A stretch of 64,000 nt of DNA from an uncultured delta proteobacterium (GTDB taxonomy: Bacteria; Desulfobacterota; Binatia; Bin18), in contig CAVTCR010000078.1 of assembly GCA_963733195.1 (NCBI GenBank), positions 1 to 64,000 on the forward strand. Direction: 5' to 3'. The notes beneath the pieces are model-generated. The model ran no database searches and was not told where the DNA came from. It worked only from the letters and a program-made list of their open reading frames with translations. Below are positions 10,072 through 21,685 of this stretch, in pieces; position 1 is the stretch's first letter, and each line of letters starts with the position of its first letter. The position numbers and the translations under genes were made by a program.

Positions 10072-11236
10072 GAAACCGCCCGATGCGCGCGATACCCTCA
10101 CGTAGATTTTCCATCGAGGTCGTGTAGGTAATCCGCATATAGCGTTCTGACGCGTTCTTGCCAAAATCACGACCAGGAGTAACAGCAACTCCAGCTTTCA
10201 TCAGCAAATCCTCGGCTAAGGCGAAGGTGTCGGCGGTAAACCGTGAACAATCAGCATAGATATAAAATGCACCGACTGGGGTGACCGGCACCTCAAAGCC
10301 AGTTTCTCTGAGTGCAGGAAGAAGAAAATCTCGTCGGCGTTGGAACTCCGCCCGCCGGGCTTCGGTGATGGCTAGCGTTTCTGGACGAAACGCTGCCAGC
10401 GCAGCGTGTTGGGCGAGATTCGGCGGACAAATAAAAAGATTCTGCGCGAGTTTTTCGATCTCACGCACATATGATTTTGGCACGACTAACCAGCCAATGC
10501 GCCAGCCAGTCATCTGGAAGTACTTGGAGAAGCTATTGAGGACAAAAATCTCATCCGAGATTGCCAACGCCGTCGAGGCATCAAAACCATATGTGAGACC
10601 ATGATAGATCTCATCGACGATCAGTCGCCCACTACGTGCATGGATCACGTCAACAATCGCTCGCATCTCTGTGTCAGCAATCATGGTACCAGTTGGGTTC
10701 GACGGAGAAGCCAACATCGTAGCGACAGTTCTTGGCGACCAGTGTTGCGCCACCATTGCCGCGGTGAGTTGATAAGAGTTTTGTGGTCCGGTCGCAATCA
10801 GTCGTGCCTGGCCTTCTAAGGTACGTACAAAATGCCGATTGCAGGGATAGCTTGGGTCACCCATTAATACTTCGTCACCAGGAGAGAGGAGGACACCGAG
10901 CGTGAGGAGGAGAGCGCCACTCCCACCAGCAGTGATAACGATCCGCTCAGGGGGAACATTGACATGATAACGAGAGGCATACCATTGAGAGATTGCCTCG
11001 CGTAGAGCCGGAATACCCAGCGCTGGCGTGTAGTGAATGTTACCGTGCTGCAATGCTGACATACCCGCATCGATAATCGGTTGCGGCGTCGCAAAGTCTG
11101 GCTCACCCACTTCCATGTGAATGATCGAGCGACCTTGGGCTTCGAGCTCACGTGCTCTAGTAAAAAGCTCGACCGCTTCAAAGGCCGTGATGTCGGCCAT
11201 GCGAGCAGCGAAATGCGGATTCATGTTCATTAACAA
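10049..11236 (-). CDS. PLP-dependent aminotransferase class I/II
   Basis: GEPDF, SPSNPTG, DEIY, SFSKYFQMTGWRIG. Confidence 0.95.
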   Translation of the reverse strand: MLMNMNPHFAARMADITAFEAVELFTRARELEAQGRSIIHMEVGEPDFATPQPIIDAGMSALQHGNIHYTPALGIPALREAISQWYASRYHVNVPPERIVITAGGSGALLLTLGVLLSPGDEVLMGDPSYPCNRHFVRTLEGQARLIATGPQNSYQLTAAMVAQHWSPRTVATMLASPSNPTGTMIADTEMRAIVDVIHARSGRLIVDEIYHGLTYGFDASTALAISDEIFVLNSFSKYFQMTGWRIGWLVVPKSYVREIEKLAQNLFICPPNLAQHAALAAFRPETLAITEARRAEFQRRRDFLLPALRETGFEVPVTPVGAFYIYADCSRFTADTFALAEDLLMKAGVAVTPGRDFGKNASERYMRITYTTSMENLREGIARIGRFLTSRGSR

Positions 11237-11245
11237 TCCTTACTA

Positions 11246-11275
11246 CTTTTGACTTTTGATTTCTGCTTTTTGTCT
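11246..11275. repeat. Heptamer-like array TTTTGAC/TTTTGAT
   Basis: cttttgacttttgatttctgcttttt; imperfectly complementary to the array at 12306-12340. Confidence 0.55.
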
Positions 11276-11288
11276 TCGTCTACTTTCG

Positions 11289-12305
11289 TCACAATGCAAA
11301 CGCTTCTAACAAGTTCTGTCGATAATAATCCTGCTGCTCGCGAGTTGTACCAGTTGCAGGAACAGCGAGAATAGTCGTGTCCAACAGCCCTTCTCGTTCC
11401 TGTATTTTCGCGCGCACGCGATCAATCGGTCCGACTGCGCAAAAAGCATCGACCATCTCACGAGGAATGAGATCGATGGCTTTGAGTCGATCCGCCTCTC
11501 GCTGTGTTGCACGTACTTGCGCGACAGTCTCAGCAAAACCATGTGCCGTGAAAATGTCGTCGTAGATCATCGCCCAAATGCTGAAGAGCATCGCTCCAGC
11601 CGCAACACGATAAGCAGTGGCAAGATCGTCATCAACTACAGTGAAGCATTGCCCCAATACTTCGACAGCGGATCGTTGTCTCCCCGCTTTTCGCAGGCCG
11701 GTCTCCAGAGACGGTAGGATATTCTCCCGCACGTGCTTAGGTGAGAACATGGGATTGCCAACCAAGCCATCAGCCAACTCACCAGTAAGGGTCGCCATCT
11801 TCGGTTTTACCGCAGCAACATATACTGGCACCTGTGATCGCGGTCGTGGCGTGGAACGGGCAAAGAAATTACGCGCGTGAATCTGATAAAACTTCCCAGG
11901 GAAATCGATCTCGCCTCCGGTAATAGTTTTCTCCATGACGAGTCGTAGTACCTGGAGATACTCGCGCATCTGTGCGACCGGCTTTCCGCCGTCGTGCCCT
12001 GCATACCAGTTGTTATTGCGATGTTCGTGGGCTGCCCCAAGCCCCAAGATAAACCGACCATGACTCAAGAAATCAAGATCAAGCGCGGCAAATGCCAGCA
12101 TGACTGGACTGTGAGTAAAGGCAAGAACCACCCCAGCCCCAAGCTTGACCCGCTTCACTGACGAAGCCACACCGGCAAGGGGAATCAATGCAGAGGTGGT
12201 CAGCTCACCTTGCCAGAGGGAATCAAATCCAGCGGCTTCAATCTTCTGTGCCCAGTCGATCATCGTCTCCGGCGAATTGCCTGGAAGAAACATGGCGTAT
12301 TTCAT
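11289..12305 (-). CDS. LLM class flavin/F420-dependent oxidoreductase
   Basis: EAAGFDSLWQGE, LDFLSHGRFILGLG, VPVYVAAVKPKM..GELADG. Confidence 0.9.
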   Translation of the reverse strand: MKYAMFLPGNSPETMIDWAQKIEAAGFDSLWQGELTTSALIPLAGVASSVKRVKLGAGVVLAFTHSPVMLAFAALDLDFLSHGRFILGLGAAHEHRNNNWYAGHDGGKPVAQMREYLQVLRLVMEKTITGGEIDFPGKFYQIHARNFFARSTPRPRSQVPVYVAAVKPKMATLTGELADGLVGNPMFSPKHVRENILPSLETGLRKAGRQRSAVEVLGQCFTVVDDDLATAYRVAAGAMLFSIWAMIYDDIFTAHGFAETVAQVRATQREADRLKAIDLIPREMVDAFCAVGPIDRVRAKIQEREGLLDTTILAVPATGTTREQQDYYRQNLLEAFAL

Positions 12306-12517
12306 AGAAAGTCCAAATGCAAAAGTCAGAATGCAGAGTGATGAATTGAGTAGTCAGCATTCAGTAGTCAGTAGTGTGAAGATGAACTGGCGAATCAGCG
12401 AAGGAAGATGAGTGTTCCTTGTGTCTTCCCATTTCCATTTCTCCGGTTCTTCTTCATGCTGGCTACTGGCTACTGACTCCTGGCTACTTTTTCCTCATTC
12501 ATCGTTCCTCATTCATC
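12306..12517. repeat. Nested inverted heptamer arrays (GTAGTCA / TGACTAC, GATGAAT / ATTCATC)
   Basis: gtagtcagcattcagtagtcagtag ... ctggctactggctactgactcctggctac; outer gatgaattgag ... ctcattcatc. Confidence 0.75.
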
Positions 12518-12736
12518 CTTGAATCCGTTCTTCTTCCACTCCTCTACTTTCTTCAACGCCTCAGCCGGGGAGAGCCCTGCCCGTGCGATCAGCCAACAGG
12601 TAATCGGAGCAGCGATCCGCTCAGAAGAATGCGCGGCTTCACCAGCTAAGGCGAGCAGATCACGGACCTCGTCTCCGGTGGGAGGCTCGACGCCAAGCAC
12701 GGTGGCAAGCCCAAGAAACCATTCCTTTGCTGTCAT
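12509..12736 (-). CDS. DUF6457-like small protein
   Basis: LLALAGEAAHSSERIAAPITCWL resembles the domain seen alone or fused to MobA. Confidence 0.7.
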   Translation of the reverse strand: MTAKEWFLGLATVLGVEPPTGDEVRDLLALAGEAAHSSERIAAPITCWLIARAGLSPAEALKKVEEWKKNGFKDE

Positions 12737-12829
12737 GCGTTTCTCCTTCTGTGCCGTTGCACCGGTCATCATAAGAAGATATGCACGCATGGTCTACGAG
12801 GGCTCTTACAACACTTTCCAACAGAACGT

Positions 12830-14095
12830 ATGCCAACTTCTTCTGCGCGCGGAGATGAGGTCAGCAATCAGGTAAACGACGTCCCTGTTTCAGCCTTCCG
12901 TTCTCCAGGATTTCAACGCTATTGGATCGGTCGCTCGTGTGCGATCTTTGCCACGCAGATGCAATCGGTCGCAGTTGGTTGGCAAGTCTATGAACTAACG
13001 CAGCAACCGTTGGACCTCGGACTCGTTGGGCTAGCACAATTCCTTCCTGCCCTCGGGCTTGTCTTCGTCACTGGCCATGTTGCTGACCGTTATGACCGTC
13101 GCTACGTGCTTGCAGCTTGTATTGCTGTCGAGGCGCTCTGCGCATTAGTCTTTTTCGGACTGACAGTGACCGGCCATACCAGTCGTGGATGGATTTTCGC
13201 TGCACTGGTACTGTTCGGTATGGCGCGGGCGTTCGAGTTCCCGGCCTCATTTGCCTTGATGCCAAACTTAGTACATCCGAGTCAGTTTACTACCGCTGCA
13301 GCCTGGAATTCTTCCACCTGGCAGGTCGGCACAATTGGTGGACCAGCACTGGGTGGATTGCTGTACGCTTTTGGACCAAGTGTTGTCTATGGCATTTGTG
13401 TCGTACTACTACTCACTGGCGCATTCTTGGTGAGCTTGATTCCTCCCATCAGTACAACGACAACCGCACGCAAAGCTGTGACGTGGGAGTCGGTCGCCGC
13501 CGGTCTCCACTTCATTCGTCAGCAGCCGATTGTGCTTGGTGCGATTTCACTCGACCTCTTTGCCGTGCTGTTAGGCGGAGCCACCGCGCTATTACCAATC
13601 TACGCGAAGGACATTCTTCTGGTTGGCCCGTGGGGACTCGGCTTGCTACGCAGCGCTCCAGCCGTCGGTGCATTAGCGATGGCCTTGTACTTTACTCAAC
13701 GACCAATCAGGAAACGAGCGGGCTTTACGTTACTAGCGGCGGTTGGAGTCTTTGGTCTCGCGACGATCGGGTTCGCACTTTCTCACAGTTTGTGGTTCTC
13801 TATGGCAATGCTCGCCCTTCTTGGCGCAGCGGATATGGTGAGCGTTGTGATTCGCCGTGTGATTATTCAACTCGCGACTCCCGACGAGATGCGTGGTCGA
13901 GTTGGTGCGGTCGAATCAGTTTTTATTGGTGCATCAAACGAACTGGGAGAATTTGAATCGGGCGTAACCGCTGCATGGTTCGGAGTGATTTCGGCTGCGG
14001 TGCTTGGTGGTGTTGGAACCATCGCCGTCGTCATTCTCTGGTCCTGGCTCTTTCCGCAATTACGCAAAGTCGACGCGATGGAGGAGGTGGGGTAG
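12830..14095 (+). CDS. MFS transporter (MFS_3/EntS-like)
   Basis: 12 TM pattern; GHVADRYDRR; LDLFAVLLGGA; SNELGEFESG. Confidence 0.93.
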   Translation: MPTSSARGDEVSNQVNDVPVSAFRSPGFQRYWIGRSCAIFATQMQSVAVGWQVYELTQQPLDLGLVGLAQFLPALGLVFVTGHVADRYDRRYVLAACIAVEALCALVFFGLTVTGHTSRGWIFAALVLFGMARAFEFPASFALMPNLVHPSQFTTAAAWNSSTWQVGTIGGPALGGLLYAFGPSVVYGICVVLLLTGAFLVSLIPPISTTTTARKAVTWESVAAGLHFIRQQPIVLGAISLDLFAVLLGGATALLPIYAKDILLVGPWGLGLLRSAPAVGALAMALYFTQRPIRKRAGFTLLAAVGVFGLATIGFALSHSLWFSMAMLALLGAADMVSVVIRRVIIQLATPDEMRGRVGAVESVFIGASNELGEFESGVTAAWFGVISAAVLGGVGTIAVVILWSWLFPQLRKVDAMEEVG

Positions 14096-14143
14096 ATTCA
14101 CCTTGGCCACCTTCCCTGAGGGGTTGTCCGATTGAGAACATTT

Positions 14144-14503
14144 TCAGGATACCGCACCGTCCACTTCCATAACGAGTCGAATCCCTTCCCACACGCGGCG
14201 TAGCAGAGTCTGAGACAGAGCCCCGATCTTTTCGTGCAAATAGAGGCGATCAATTGTCTGAATCTGTGTGACATTCACGACACACGGTTTTGGCAGATTC
14301 GCTTCCCCTTTCCGGAGTCGCACATTTCCCGGCAACAGGGAATAACGTAGGTTCGAGGTGATCGCGACAACTACTACTGTATTGATATGACTGCGGTTAA
14401 ATCGATCATGTTGGAGAACGACAGCCGGACGACGTCCCCAAGGTTCTGAGCCTCGACCACTGAAAAAGGAAACCCAGTAAACGTCCCCCTGGTGGATCAC
14501 CAC
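14144..14503 (-). CDS. mazF: PemK/MazF family toxin
   Basis: QGDVYWV..GSEP.GRRPAVVLQ.D.FN..VVVAITSN..LPKPCVVNVTQI. Confidence 0.92.
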   Translation of the reverse strand: MVIHQGDVYWVSFFSGRGSEPWGRRPAVVLQHDRFNRSHINTVVVVAITSNLRYSLLPGNVRLRKGEANLPKPCVVNVTQIQTIDRLYLHEKIGALSQTLLRRVWEGIRLVMEVDGAVS

Positions 14504-14751
14504 TTCTCTTCGGTCCATGACCCTAACCGTAAGAACTCGTCTGCGGTGCGCTTTTGTTCTGCACTAATAGTTTTATCATCAAAGAGCGCATCAAGTTGTC
14601 GCGTTATATCTCGGTCTCGCTTGACTCGCGCAACCTTTGATAACAAGGTAGCAATGACGTGGCTCCGCGACTCACCTCGATGTTCTGCAAGCTGATCAAT
14701 TGTTTCAAGTACAGGTTCTGGGAGAGAAATTGCAATTTTCTTCATAGGCAT
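14497..14751 (-). CDS. Ribbon-helix-helix antitoxin
   Basis: MKKIAISLPE..IDQLA..SRS; overlaps the toxin start. Confidence 0.85.
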   Translation of the reverse strand: MPMKKIAISLPEPVLETIDQLAEHRGESRSHVIATLLSKVARVKRDRDITRQLDALFDDKTISAEQKRTADEFLRLGSWTEEKW

Positions 14752-14869
14752 GGCTAAGTCCCAATTCTGACGCAGGTCGAGCAATTCTTCGCTCATATCT
14801 TGGTATTCTATAATGTTCATACCAGGATAGTGTTCCTCGTCGCAAGCTACTACAGACTGTTCTGTTGTT

Positions 14870-14900
14870 AGAGGGCACGGCAGCGCCGTGCCCCTACAGA
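14870..14900. repeat. REP-like palindrome
   Basis: agggcacggcagcgccgtgcccctac (GTAG foot on the minus strand). Confidence 0.7.
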
Positions 14901-14912
14901 AAGAAGGCTGCG

Positions 14913-16258
14913 TTAGAACTGCAACCCAAGAGACGGTAGCGGATCGCGGTCAACTACCGGAAGGCGACTGGCACCGGCGTGTACTTTCACAGTTCCCGGC
15001 GTGCGCTCGTACGGATCAGGCAGGCCGATCTCTTTGGCGTAGTCGCGCAGCGCAGGAGCGACTTCTTCGGCTAACAAGCGGACACACTTCAGGCGATCAT
15101 CGTTGCCCACTGGCCCTTGCACGTTAAAGAACATGAATATGCTCGGGCGCAAAATACGTAGTAGCATCTTTGCTCGTTCAATCACGGTCTTCGGAGAGCC
15201 AGCAAGAATCTGAAAGTTCTTCTGTGCCTTCACATAACTTGACGCGAGCTTCCTACGCACCTCGTTGTAATCAACTTCTTCTGGCTGTTCATCATATTGC
15301 GCTTGGCGTAGTTTCTCGGGGCTGACGCCGAGCCAACTTCCGCCTGGATGTTGAGCCAGCATCTTGATCGCACCTTTCGAGTTGTAACCCGGTGGCAACG
15401 TATGCTCAGGACGGGAAACTGCAGCTTTTGCCCACCACCGTGAGACAAAACCTTTGCCAAGTTCCTGGGCTTTCTCTTCTGTCTCGGCAACAAAAGTCGG
15501 CAATCAAATAACCGAAGTTTTCCGGTCCAGCTTGATAGCCAAGCTTGGCTGCTGTGTCAGCGTAGATGTCCCACAAATCGCACGTCGGACCAAGTGCGGT
15601 ACCCAGCCCAATGTATGGATAGCGATGCTCTGCGCACCAGCGCACGGTCTCCTGCGAACCCTCAACACGCCAGGAATCCAAATCGGTGGATGTGGTCTCT
15701 GATATGGCAACGCCCACGGATTTACATGGCGATAGTGAAAATGCTTGCCTTCATACCGCCACGGTCCGGGTTTGGTCCACGCTTGAACGATGAAGTCATG
15801 CGCTTCGTTGAAGTACTCGCGGTTGTACGAGGGATTCGCATTGTTAAAAAACTGCTCGCTGCCGGCACCGCGCACCCAACCTGTGACCAAACGCCCACGG
15901 GAGATCAAGTCGATCTCTGCCAGCTCTTCTGCCATGCGCAGGGGATGCTTAATCACTGGTAGTGGGTTGCCGATCGAGTACGATCTTCACGCGCTTTGTG
16001 AGACGGGCGAGGATTGAGGCTTCGACGTTCATTACCCCACCCCATGCAATATGGGTTACCGTGATGCTCGTTGAGAGCAACGACATCAAAACCTTTCTCT
16101 TCGGCGTAGCAGTACTCATCAAGATAATAATTATAATCGTCAGCAGCCTTGTCGCGGTCGAAGTGCGAGTTGGACAGGGCAAAGAACGCATGGTTCTTGA
16201 GTACCTCGTCCTCTGGCACCCAACGATACGGCCGCTCGGTGAAGTAGCCGATTTTCAT
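14913..16258 (-). CDS. LLM class flavin-dependent oxidoreductase (several frameshifts)
   Basis: Fragments join as MKIGYFTERPY..GFDVVALNEHH / AEELAEIDLISRGRL..PHPPIWIPG / ..VRLLAEEVAPALR. Confidence 0.85.
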
Positions 16259-16304
16259 GGATGACGCTCCTTAATGTAGTGAAGCTGGAGGAAACGGCTC
16301 TACA

Positions 16305-16445
16305 GAGTACGTGACGCGTGTTATGGAATGCGTAATGAGGAAACGCTTCTAGTTTTCACATTTCACGTTTTACGCATGATGTTTCACGTTCCACGCACCA
16401 CGCAATACGTCAGACGTGATACGTATTGCGTGATCCGTGATGTGT
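16305..16445. repeat. Heptamer array (TTTCACG-type) with a perfect 12-bp hairpin
   Basis: ttttcacatttcacgttttacg..tttcacgttccacgcaccacgc; cacgcaatacgt..acgtattgcgtg. Confidence 0.7.
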
Positions 16446-16454
16446 ACTCCACTG

Positions 16455-17240
16455 CTATGCTGACAAGAAGCTTTTTACCGCCTTCACAAACTCCGCCGAG
16501 TTTTCGATTTCTGAGCGGTGCCCTGCATTCGCGATCTCCACGACTTTCGCTTGTGGCAGCGCCTTCTGATAGGCAGCAATACATCCTTTGGGAACAATAC
16601 GGTCTTTTGTTCCCCACACAAGCAAGGTGGGAAGATTCTTCGCCCCGGCGAGTAAGTAAGGAAGGCTAGGGTTGTGCATGTAGGGTTCCCAGCCGATACG
16701 GGCAGTTTCCGCACGCGCGTCTTCAAACGCCTCGAATTGCTCAGGGGTCATCTCACCACCATAAATCTTGCCGAACTCCGGTGTTGCAGGATCGGCTACC
16801 GTTGATCGTATCAAGGTACGAATGGTGAGTGGGAAAATATCCGCGATTTCTCCCTCAGCAGGCTTAAGGCCCATGGGGGCAACAAGTACCATGCGAGAAA
16901 ACATCTTCGGATCTGCTGCTGCCATTTCTGCCGCAGCATACCCACCAGCGGAAAAGCCAATCACATCGAGCGGAGCCAGATTCAACTCGCGCACGACGTT
17001 AGCATAAAATCCCCCAAGGTCACGGAAACTGCGAATCCACTCGATTCGTGGAGTTTTGCCAAAACCAGGCTGTAGGGGAATGATAATCTCACGATCCTTC
17101 GCCAGTTCTTCGTTCCAAGTCATCCAGCCCGGGTATCCGAGCTCGTCATGAAACATCAATAATGGTTTTCCTGATCCGCCTCGGACGACCGTCAGGTCTG
17201 CCCCGGCTACCTTCATTGTACTCTCAGTCCAATTTGCCAA
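16455..17240 (-). CDS. Alpha/beta hydrolase
   Basis: PGFGKT, GFSAGG nucleophile elbow, WGTKDRIVP, NAGH; AGGAGG RBS before the start at 17240. Confidence 0.9.
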   Translation of the reverse strand: MANWTESTMKVAGADLTVVRGGSGKPLLMFHDELGYPGWMTWNEELAKDREIIIPLQPGFGKTPRIEWIRSFRDLGGFYANVVRELNLAPLDVIGFSAGGYAAAEMAAADPKMFSRMVLVAPMGLKPAEGEIADIFPLTIRTLIRSTVADPATPEFGKIYGGEMTPEQFEAFEDARAETARIGWEPYMHNPSLPYLLAGAKNLPTLLVWGTKDRIVPKGCIAAYQKALPQAKVVEIANAGHRSEIENSAEFVKAVKSFLSA

Positions 17241-17331
17241 TGGTCTTTCCTCCTTCTTACGAATATGGGCGTGAAAGCCGTCGCCATTCGATAGCACACC
17301 TTCGATAGGGTCGGAAAGAGATGGAGAGGAT

Positions 17332-20030
17332 TTACGATTGAACAAGAAACTGACTCGCCAGCCCCTAAATAATCGTCATATTCTCAGCAATCGTATCGTG
17401 AGGAATGAGCAGATACTTCCACGGCTTACCATCGTTCTCACTGCATGATGGGTGGCGTGACGACACCACTGCACTGCGGCGTCCTTCTTGGCCTGAACTT
17501 CACGTCGTCCATTTCGTTTCGTGCTTTGGGCTCCAGCATGTAAATGCAGTCTGCTGTCTCCGCCACGAAATCGGGCTGATACTCCAGGATGATCGACACC
17601 TGACTTGTAGAAGATCTGGAACTGCCCCTTGGCCGGCTTGAACCACTTTTGGTGATTCGCGGTCCAGAATCACGGCGAGTTTTCGCTCGGCGTCGGATTG
17701 AAATTTCTGACCGGATAGAGACACCGCTTGAAGCCACCGAACAGGTATTTTCGCCATATTGCTCTTGTCGGCGAGCCGTCGGCGAAAGTCAGCGGACGGC
17801 TCGTCCGCTTGACGGTGTAAGGTGGGCTCCTTCAATTCGGTGAATCCCTTACTGACCTTCACCTCGTAGCCGAACGCCTCCTCCCAGTAATGGTCCTGCA
17901 TCTGCGCATGGATGAACTCGGCAGATGCCCGCTGATAGAAGCTCAGGACATTCCTGCGTCTCGTCTTCCGAAAGGTAGTTCGAGAAGTGCCTCACCATTT
18001 GCCCAGCCAAGTCGTAGAGCAGATCGGCGTGGTCGTCGTAGGCAACATCGTCGAAGTCGACGAGCCCGCTGACCACATAGTCTTCCAGGCCGTGCTTCCT
18101 CGATACTGCCCCCGCCACAGCTGAACGTCACCTGCACGTCGTGCGCAGGTACTGAATCAAGATTTCTCGGTCCACGGGCTGGATAATTGAATGTTCGAGC
18201 TGTCCAACGTGAACGGCTTGAAAGCCTGAGTGTCACTTCGCCCTTGGGCACCACAAGAATCCGGGGAATGTCGATGGTCTGCTGGATGACAAGGTTCGCG
18301 GTCTTCTGCCACCACCGCGGCGATGTTCGGCTTTCGCGTAACCCCTCCAGCTCCAGCTGCGCCGGCCCCAGCTGCTCTCCGTCACTTTCTCGCCTGATCT
18401 CGGCTTCCTGCACTGCGTCATTGAGCAGGTACTGCGAGCTGGCTGGTTTTCGTATTGCGGATCACCTCGATAGGCGTCTGCGCAACTTTTTGCTCTGCTC
18501 CTTCGTGAAGGACGGGTAGTCGATGCCTGGAACGTGCGTCTGCGGCTGGCCAGTTACACTGAGCCGGAGACAGCCAATTCCGCTGAGGTTGCGACTTCGA
18601 AACGACCGTCACGGTCTTCTGCAGGATCTGTGCCGGATCGAGGATCACCTGCTGCAACCGAATCGACCGAGTCCGGCTTGTTGGCTTCGTCGATGATCTC
18701 CTGAAACTTGTCGTGCGCGACGATGTTCAGCCGGTCCACTGCAGTCACGCCAGTGCGCTTGCCGTAGGGCAGGCGCAGGCCGCGGCCGATGGATTGCTCG
18801 ATCAGGATGCGCGCATTGGCGGCGCGCAGCGGGACGATCGTGTAGAGGTTGGTCACGTCCCAGCCTTCCTTGAGCATGTTGACGTGGATGACGATCTCGG
18901 TCGGCTCGTCGGTGTGCTCGACCTTGAGCAGGCGCTCGATCATCTCCTCTTCCTCCGCGCCGGTCTTGCTGGAATCCACCTGGATGACCTTGTCCTTGTA
19001 GCGGCCTTCGAAGAAGCCGTCCGACTGGATCAAGCTTCAGCAGCTGCGCCCGCGTGCGTCGTGTCGCGGGCGATCACCAGCACGAACGGCTTCACGATGT
19101 GTTGCCGGTCTCGCGCGCGTAGGTTTCCAGCTCCACCTTCACGTCTCTCGTGCAGGCGAACGCCGTCTTCCAGCTTGAGTCTTTTCAATCTCCTGCGGCG
19201 GACATGCCGGTCGGGTTGAAGTTCTTCTGCGTCACGACCGCCGGCTCCTTGACGAAGCCGTCCGCCATCGCCTTGCCAAGCGGGTAGTCGTAGATGACAT
19301 TCTTGAACGGCACCGCGCCCCTGGCTGGTTTCGACGAATGGCGTCGCGGTCAGTTCCAGCCCGAGCACCGGTTTCAATTCGTTGATCGCGCGCACGCCCG
19401 CGCGACGCCCGGTAGCGGTGCGACTCGTCCATGATCAGCACGAGGTCGTGCAGCCCGGCCAGATAGTCGAAATAGCTTTCGCCGATGTATTCCGACAGCC
19501 GCTTGATGCGCGGCGATTTGCCGCCGCGCACCTCGGAGTTGATCTTCGAGATGTTGAAGATGTTGACCTTGCAGCGGAGCAACTGGTCGAACAGCGTGCC
19601 GGCCTTGCGCCTCGTAGTTGTCGCCGGTGATGATCTCCGGCGCGTCGGTGGCGAACTCGGCGATGCCCTTGAAGACATACTTCGGCGTGTTCGGCGTGAA
19701 GTCGGTGATCAGCTTGTTGTAGATCGTCAGGTTCGGCGCCAGGACGAAGAAGTTGTTGATGCCGTGCGCCAGGTGCAGATAGCTGATGAACGCGCCCATC
19801 AGCCGCGTCTTGCCGACGCCGGTCGCCAGCGCGAAGCAGAGCGACGGAAACTCCCGCTCGAAATCGGTGACCGTCGGAAACTCGCTGCGGATGGCAGCCA
19901 GCGCCGCGTCGAGGTCCGCTGCCTTTCGTCGGCGGGACAATCTCCGTGATGCGGTCGAGAATCTCCAGCGAATGGCGCTGCGGCGGGCGCAGGCTCAGGC
20001 GCCGGCGATGGCGTTGACGTGGCGGTTCAT
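17332..20030 (-). CDS. res: Type III restriction endonuclease Res subunit (heavily frameshifted)
   Basis: LCFALATGVGKT, MDESHRYRA, NMLKEGWDV, EQSIGRGLRLP, C-terminal YQPDFVAE..LEPK nuclease and GKPWKYLLIPHD. Confidence 0.88.
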
Positions 20031-21671
20031 GCGCGCTCGCCATCCGCGCTCAAAGAGAGTTCCATGCTGTCCCGGCTTCGGCGGCGCCTTGGGCAGGTTC
20101 TCGACCTTCAGGCTGTAGTCGTCATGGCCCCATTCGCAGCGGGAGAGCACCTCCTTGGGAATCTTCTTCACCGTCAGATTCGGATACCGTCCGCCTTCGG
20201 CCGCGAAAGGCGGAGCAGAGCACCAGCAGTGTACGGTTCGTCGCCCACCTCATCGCTCAGCTGCTGGAGCTGCTCGTGGCTCAGGTTCGGCGTCGTGACG
20301 TAGATGAAGTCGCGCTCGGTCGAATGGCCGTGCTGCCAGTAGACCGTGTCGCTCGGCGCGTAGGTGAAGCCCTCCAGCTTGCACACCGCCTCGGCCAGCA
20401 TGGCGGCGTTGTAATTCCTTGTTGATAACCCAGTTGCCCCACTTGTCCTTCTCCAGCAGCGACGGCGCAAGCCGGTAGTAGCGGAACCCGCCGCCGCCTT
20501 TCCAGCCCACGGCTTCCGTGATGCCGCCTGGGTCTTCGCCGTCGATCACCTTCTTGAGCCGCGGAATGATGTGCGTGTGGCAATGCTCGCCCAGCTCGAC
20601 CATGATCCAGCGCCGGCCCATCTTGTGGGCAACCGCGCCGGTCGTGCCGGAGCCAGCGAAGGAGTCGAGAACGAGGTCGCCGGGGTTGGTGGCGATCTGA
20701 ATGATACGCTGCAACAAGCCGTTCGGGCTTCGGCGTCGCAAACAGTCTCGATGTCCGGCGACAAATTGCTTTAATTTCATGCTTCGCTTCCTCGATTGTG
20801 ACCGACTTCCTCGTGCGACCACACGTTCGAGGCACGACGCCTTCTGAACATCGCTGAGATAGCGCTTAATGATCGGAACCCGTTGCCGTCTTTCCCCACT
20901 AGATGCGCTCCGTCTTGCAGCAAGCTCTTAAAGTCTGCTTCGAGAAACGTCCAATATCGTCCTGCTGGCGGTCTGAACTGCTCGCCCAGATGGCACAGTG
21001 ATCGGATATATCTGCTCTCGGTGCGGTACTTGCGGCCGTACAGATCACCCTGCCTTCCAGGGGCCACGCGGATCATTGTCCGGGTTCTTGTAATCTTGCG
21101 TTCTGTTTCTCGTTCTCGGCAGAAGATTGTCAATCTGCCACTTCGCTCGAATCCTTTGCATAGCACGACAATGTAGTCATGCATCGTCGGAAAGTGAATT
21201 CGCCGAATTCTTCGCGCGTAATACCTTTTGCCAGACACACTGTAGCAACGAAGTTTGCTTCCGAATACTTCATCCACAAGACCTCAAATAGTGGCATCTC
21301 GTTGTCATCGATAGTGATCCAGAGCGATCCATCGTCCGACAAGCAGCGTCGGAGAACTCAAGCCTGTCGCGCATCAGCGTCAGCCAGAGAGAATGCTCCA
21401 TTCCATCGTCGTAATGCTCGAACGCACTGCCAGTGTTATACGGCGGGTCGATGAAGATGCACTTAATCTTGCCCGCGAACTCCTGCTCCAGCGCCTTGAG
21501 GGCGAGAAGGTTATCGCCAAAGATGAGCCGGTTATCGAAGATGTCGCTATCGGTGACTCGATGCGGGGCGTGATAGGACCTCTCCGGGTCTTCCAGCAGG
21601 ATGCGCGGCTCCAGCCTGGGCCGGTTCTCCTTACCAATCCAAGTCAGTTCGAGTTTTTGCTTCTTCGTCAT
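20027..21671 (-). CDS. mod: Type III N6-adenine DNA methyltransferase Mod subunit (frameshifted)
   Basis: KQKLELTWIGK, GDNLLALK, IDPPYNTG, TPKPERL, DSFAGSGTT; stop overlaps the res ATG. Confidence 0.88.
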
Positions 21672-21685
21672 GCGCGTTCCGATAC

